DNA of 64,000 nucleotides from an uncultured Alphaproteobacteria bacterium (GTDB lineage Bacteria; Pseudomonadota; Alphaproteobacteria; RF32; CAG-239): NCBI GenBank assembly GCA_910587405.1, contig CAJUKS010000001.1, positions 197,325 to 261,324 of the forward strand, read 5' to 3'. Shown piece by piece: positions 59,941 to 64,000 of this stretch (position 1 is its first letter; each line of letters starts with the position of its first letter). The notes under the pieces were generated by a model. It saw only the letters and a program-made list of their open reading frames with translations, ran no database searches and was not told where the DNA came from. The position numbers and the translations under genes were made by a program.

Positions 59941-60540
59941 CTATTCTTCGGCTTTCTTTTCGGTCTCGGTTGTTTGCGCTTCATCCGAGGCAACGCTTTC
60001 TGCCGGTGCTTCCGGCTCTTTTTCCTCAGAAACGTCGGTTTCGTTTTTATCTTCGGCAACGGGGGCAACATCGGCGTTTTTCACGTCGCTGTCCCGATTG
60101 AAAATTTTGTGATTTACGGTATCGCCGATTTTGATGCCTTTGGCGGCGACGTCGCCGGCATTAACTTCCAGAACCGCAAAAGCGGGATAGGGCGAAACGA
60201 TCATTTTCAAAGAATCCGGCTCGGCATTTTCGTAGATCCAGAAGATCATGCCGTCACGATCAATAAAAAGCATGTCCAACGCCAGCTTGGTGTCTTTCAT
60301 CCACATGGCGGTCGGAACATTGTTGAAAGCGGACAGGTCAAAAATCATCCCGGAATCGGCTTCCATGGCGGTACGGTTCATCAGACCGGTGGTGAGTTCT
60401 TCACGGCTTTGCGCCAGTTCCACTTTATAAGTGACCGTATTTCCTTCCGAAGTGGTAATCGTCAGCGGTTCGCGGCTATCTTTTTCGGAGCAGGCGGCAA
60501 CCAACATCAACATCATAAAAAGTTTGCATATTTTTGACAT
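59941..60540 (-). CDS. DUF192 (COG1430) lipoprotein with an acidic C-terminal tail
   Basis: Start at MSKICKLFMMLMLVAAC (lipobox). The DUF192 core is followed by a Glu/Asp-rich tail. Confidence 0.65.
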   Translation of the reverse strand: MSKICKLFMMLMLVAACSEKDSREPLTITTSEGNTVTYKVELAQSREELTTGLMNRTAMEADSGMIFDLSAFNNVPTAMWMKDTKLALDMLFIDRDGMIFWIYENAEPDSLKMIVSPYPAFAVLEVNAGDVAAKGIKIGDTVNHKIFNRDSDVKNADVAPVAEDKNETDVSEEKEPEAPAESVASDEAQTTETEKKAEE

Positions 60541-60701
60541 AATATATTCCTCCCTTATCAACTGTTCTAAAATGATATAACAATATTTTATAAAAGACAA
60601 ATTGATTTTTAAAAAGTTTCGATTTTACAATTTTCCGCTTGTGTTATCATGATTATTACGTTAAAAAATGTTAAAGCTTATCAATCAAACGGGGGAAGAA
60701 A

Positions 60702-61343
60702 ATGTTGCGGAAAAACAAGAAGGCCGGGTATGCGGCAGCGATCATCCTGTGTGGTTTGCTGAGTGCGTGCACGTCTGCCGAACAACCGACCCCAAAACCG
60801 GCAGAAACGCCTCAACCGATGGCAGACACTTATCAGCCGATTCACAAACAAGGCGAACAAACAACCGCGGTACCGGTCAAACCGGTAACCCGAGAAAAAG
60901 CTTCGATTGCCGAAAAAGGCCAAAAAGCCGAAAAACATAGGAACACACCCCCAAAAACGGCTGCGGCGGTTGCGGTTGAACCGTCCGTCGCTTATCAGGC
61001 GGCAACCATTTTGTTTGCGGACGGCAGTGCCGTTATTGCGTCGGAATACGACGCTGAAATCCGTTATATTGCCCGGCTGGCCAAATGTAAAAATGCCCAT
61101 ATCACGGTTTACGGCTTTTCTTCCAGCCGTACCCGCAACACCGATATGGCCACGCACAAAATGATCAATTTCCAGACCTCGCTCAAACGGGCCGAGAACG
61201 TTGCCGCTGCTTTAATCCGGGCCGGCGTGCCCCAAAAATCGGTTGCCGTTGAAGCGTTGTCGGACAGTCAACCGCTGTATCGGGAAATTATGCCCGAGGG
61301 CGAACGTCTCAACCGACGTGCCGAAATTTATATCAGTTACTAA
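60702..61343 (+). CDS. OmpA-family peptidoglycan-associated lipoprotein
   Basis: Lipobox LLSACTSA, a Pro-rich linker, and a C-terminal OmpA-like domain (...NRRAEIYISY). Confidence 0.8.
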   Translation: MLRKNKKAGYAAAIILCGLLSACTSAEQPTPKPAETPQPMADTYQPIHKQGEQTTAVPVKPVTREKASIAEKGQKAEKHRNTPPKTAAAVAVEPSVAYQAATILFADGSAVIASEYDAEIRYIARLAKCKNAHITVYGFSSSRTRNTDMATHKMINFQTSLKRAENVAAALIRAGVPQKSVAVEALSDSQPLYREIMPEGERLNRRAEIYISY

Positions 61344-61361
61344 CAACAAAGGAATACTGCC

Positions 61362-63128
61362 GTGGACAACCGCTTTGACAACACTAAATCCTTGGGCGGA
61401 AACATATGGAAATTTGCCGGGTTTGACGAAAATGCCGCCGAACTTGTTGCCGCCCGCTACGGTCTCCCGCCGGTGGTGGCGCAAATTATGGTCTCGCGGG
61501 GAATTGACATAGGACAAAGCAACGATTTTTTATATCCGAAACTGCAAAATCTGATGCCCGATCCGGCTTGTCTGAAAGATATGGAAAAAGCGGCGGCACG
61601 AATTGCCGCAGCGGTGGAAAACGGAGAACAAACGGCCATCATCGGCGATTATGACGTTGACGGTGCCACTTCGTCATCACTGTTGAAACTGTTCTTACAA
61701 TCGGTCGGCTGCGAGGTGCCGGTCCATATTCCGGAACGCGAAGAAGGTTACGGACCGAGCAAAAGCGCGGTTGACGAATTTGCCGCCATCGGTACGAAAC
61801 TGTTGATAACGACCGATTGCGGAACCACGGCCTTTGAGGTTTTGGAATATGCGCGCGATCGAGGAATGGACGTGATCGTGCTGGACCACCACGAAGCGGA
61901 AACCCAATTGCCCGACATCTATGCGGTTGTTAATCCGAAGCGTCTTGACGAAAGCGATGAACATCCCGATTTGAAGTATCTGGCCGCGGTCGGCGTGGTG
62001 TTTCTTACCGTGGTTGCGGTCAACCGTCAACTTCGCAATCGCGGTTTTTATGCCGTCCGTTCGGCGCCGGATCTGATGAAATGGTTGGATTTGGTCGCCT
62101 TGGGAACCGTTTGCGATGTAGTGCCGCTGTTGGGACTGAACCGGGCGTTTGTCCGTCAGGGGCTAAAAATCATGTCGTTACGGCAAAATTGCGGCATCAA
62201 GGCGCTGATTGACAAAGCTTCGGTTACGGAAGCGCCTTCAAGTTATCATCTCGGTTATGTGCTGGGGCCGAGAATCAATGCCGGCGGACGGGTCGGAGAA
62301 GCTTCGATCGGCAACCGGCTGTTATGTGCCGCCGACGATTTTGAAGCCGCCGTACTGGCCGACAAACTGGACTCTTTTAATGCGCTTCGTAAGGAAATAG
62401 AAGCCTATGTCTTGTTGCAGGCCATCGAAACGCTGGAAGGAACGCCTCAGCAATACCCGATAGCCTTTGTGTACGGCCAAGACTGGCATCAGGGCGTGAT
62501 CGGAATTGTTGCCGGCAAACTGAAAGAAAGATATAATCTGCCGTCATTTGTGATGTCGGTTGAGGCCGACGAAGTTAAAGGCTCCGCCCGCTCAATTTCC
62601 GGACTCAACATCGGCGCTTTGGTGATGGCCGCCAAAGAAAAAGGCTTGCTGACCAAAGGGGGCGGACACAATATGGCAGCCGGTTTTTCGCTTGAAGAAA
62701 GCAATTTGGAAGCCTTTCGTACCTTTGCCGGAGAATATGCCGAAAAATATTTGGGGACGGAAACGCTGACCCCGGTCGTGGAAATTGACGGAACCGTCAG
62801 TCTTAACGCGGCGACGCCGGAATTTGCCGATCGTCTGGCGCTGCTGGAACCTTTCGGTGCCGGCAATCCCGAACCGCGGCTGATGCTAAGCAATGTGCGC
62901 GTCTTGCATTCCGATATCGTCGGCAGCGGTCACATCCGCTGTCAGCTCGGTTCACTGAGCGGCGGAACCCTAAAGGCAATGGCGTTTCGCGCCGCCGATA
63001 ACGAAGTCGGCAAAGCGCTGCTGAATCATCGCGGCGAAGTATTTAACCTGGCCGGAACCTTGCGCAAAGACAATTGGCAGGGACGCAATCAGGTGCAATT
63101 TATTATTGAAGATGCAATGAGAGGTTAA
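61362..63128 (+). CDS. recJ: Single-stranded-DNA-specific exonuclease RecJ
   Basis: DHH (DHH, DHHEAE) and DHHA1 (GGGH) motifs. Confidence 0.95.
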   Translation: MDNRFDNTKSLGGNIWKFAGFDENAAELVAARYGLPPVVAQIMVSRGIDIGQSNDFLYPKLQNLMPDPACLKDMEKAAARIAAAVENGEQTAIIGDYDVDGATSSSLLKLFLQSVGCEVPVHIPEREEGYGPSKSAVDEFAAIGTKLLITTDCGTTAFEVLEYARDRGMDVIVLDHHEAETQLPDIYAVVNPKRLDESDEHPDLKYLAAVGVVFLTVVAVNRQLRNRGFYAVRSAPDLMKWLDLVALGTVCDVVPLLGLNRAFVRQGLKIMSLRQNCGIKALIDKASVTEAPSSYHLGYVLGPRINAGGRVGEASIGNRLLCAADDFEAAVLADKLDSFNALRKEIEAYVLLQAIETLEGTPQQYPIAFVYGQDWHQGVIGIVAGKLKERYNLPSFVMSVEADEVKGSARSISGLNIGALVMAAKEKGLLTKGGGHNMAAGFSLEESNLEAFRTFAGEYAEKYLGTETLTPVVEIDGTVSLNAATPEFADRLALLEPFGAGNPEPRLMLSNVRVLHSDIVGSGHIRCQLGSLSGGTLKAMAFRAADNEVGKALLNHRGEVFNLAGTLRKDNWQGRNQVQFIIEDAMRG

Positions 63129-63129
63129 A

Positions 63130-63855
63130 ATGTCAAGAAAAAGAAAGAAAAAAAGCGCTGAACTGAAGGCACGAGCATTGGCGATTCAAAATGCCAAAAC
63201 ACGGGAACAACACGTGTTTATGAAACTCGGCGCCAAAATTCGCGCTTATTTCTTTACCGGTATTTTGGTAACGGCGCCGGTGTCGATCACTTTTTATATG
63301 GCCTACAAAATCATTCTGTGGATTGACGCCGGGGTGGGGCGCCTGTTGCCGCCGCAACTGAAAACCTATTATAACGATCTGCCGTTTACCATTCCCGGTC
63401 TCGGCGTAGTTGTTTTGATCGTGTCGATGATCGTGATCGGTATGTTTGCCGCCGGATTTGTGGGACGTTTCTTCATCCGTCTCGGCGACTGGATCGTTAA
63501 AAAAATGCCGGTTATTTCAACCGTATATTCATTGCTCAAACAGGTGTTTGAAACTTTTCTTTCCAACAAAAACCAGGCTTTCAGCCAGGTTGTGCTGCTG
63601 GAATATCCGCGCAAGGGAATTTGGATCTTGGGGTTTGTCAGTACCGAAACCGGCGGCGAAGTCAAAAAAATCATGAACAAGGAAATGTTGAACGTTTTTA
63701 TACCGACCACACCCAACCCGACCTCCGGCTTTTTGATTTTTGTTCCCAAAGAAGACGTGGTCTTTTTGCAAATGACGGTGGAAGAAGGTTTGAAATTTGT
63801 TATTTCGGGCGGCATCGTCGCACCGCAGGAAGGCGAAAAAAGTAAAAAACACTGA
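63130..63855 (+). CDS. DUF502 family membrane protein
   Basis: 241 aa with two TM segments and the conserved DUF502 C-terminal fold. Confidence 0.7.
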   Translation: MSRKRKKKSAELKARALAIQNAKTREQHVFMKLGAKIRAYFFTGILVTAPVSITFYMAYKIILWIDAGVGRLLPPQLKTYYNDLPFTIPGLGVVVLIVSMIVIGMFAAGFVGRFFIRLGDWIVKKMPVISTVYSLLKQVFETFLSNKNQAFSQVVLLEYPRKGIWILGFVSTETGGEVKKIMNKEMLNVFIPTTPNPTSGFLIFVPKEDVVFLQMTVEEGLKFVISGGIVAPQEGEKSKKH

Positions 63856-64000
63856 TGGCCCCACCGGTCATGCGGAAGTGAAAAAAATGCTTGATTTTTC
63901 GAATAAACTGTAATAAATTGCACTCACTTTCGGAAATGAGGGTACGTTGTACCCCGCTTGAGGTTATTCTCAAGACTACCGGGACAATAATGTAATAAAA

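Noticed and set aside
1-64000. CRISPR arrays, transposases, integrases or prophage genes
   Set aside because: None found on either strand. The only repeat families are the tRNA-Pro-associated units, the IR pair at 13.8 kb, and the RTX-derived fragments and modules.

Overview
The window is a densely coded bacterial chromosomal segment that is about 50% GC over most of its length. It is probably alphaproteobacterial: a permuted two-piece tmRNA (tag ANDNELAPVALAA) sits directly upstream of an sspB-like adaptor gene. The housekeeping backbone is folA-thyA, alaS, map, radC, ackA, trxB, greA, a GatB/YqeY-domain gene with dnaG and rpoD, recG, mfd and recJ. It is interrupted by an accessory block of about 25 kb between tRNA-Pro(TGG) at 13.35 kb and tRNA-Arg(TCT) at 38.16 kb. 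The tRNA-Pro neighbourhood carries nested partial tRNA copies and direct repeats. The block encodes a Chlamydia-Pmp-like autotransporter, and a perfect 20-bp inverted-repeat pair brackets 104 bp directly upstream of its start. Next is a nucleotide-sugar and glycosyltransferase cluster (UDP-xylose synthase, GalE, UDP-galactopyranose mutase, a GT8 fusion and a GT2). A type I secretion pair follows: a HlyB-like ABC exporter with a non-catalytic C39-like domain, and HlyD. The block ends with a 2447-aa RTX protein built from tandem modules of about 142 aa. Between the secretion genes and the RTX gene lies an AT-rich segment of about 3.8 kb (roughly 25-30% GC by eye). It holds two similar polytopic membrane ORFs, an exact 337-bp copy of an internal RTX segment fused into a chimeric ORF, and a second diverged RTX fragment. 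The first ~1.3 kb of the RTX gene itself is also AT-rich and encodes an unrecognised N-terminal domain. I consider this compositionally chimeric RTX locus, with its AT-rich companion membrane proteins and gene-fragment scars, the most interesting and likely undescribed system here. Several long antisense ORFs in the track are artefacts and were rejected.
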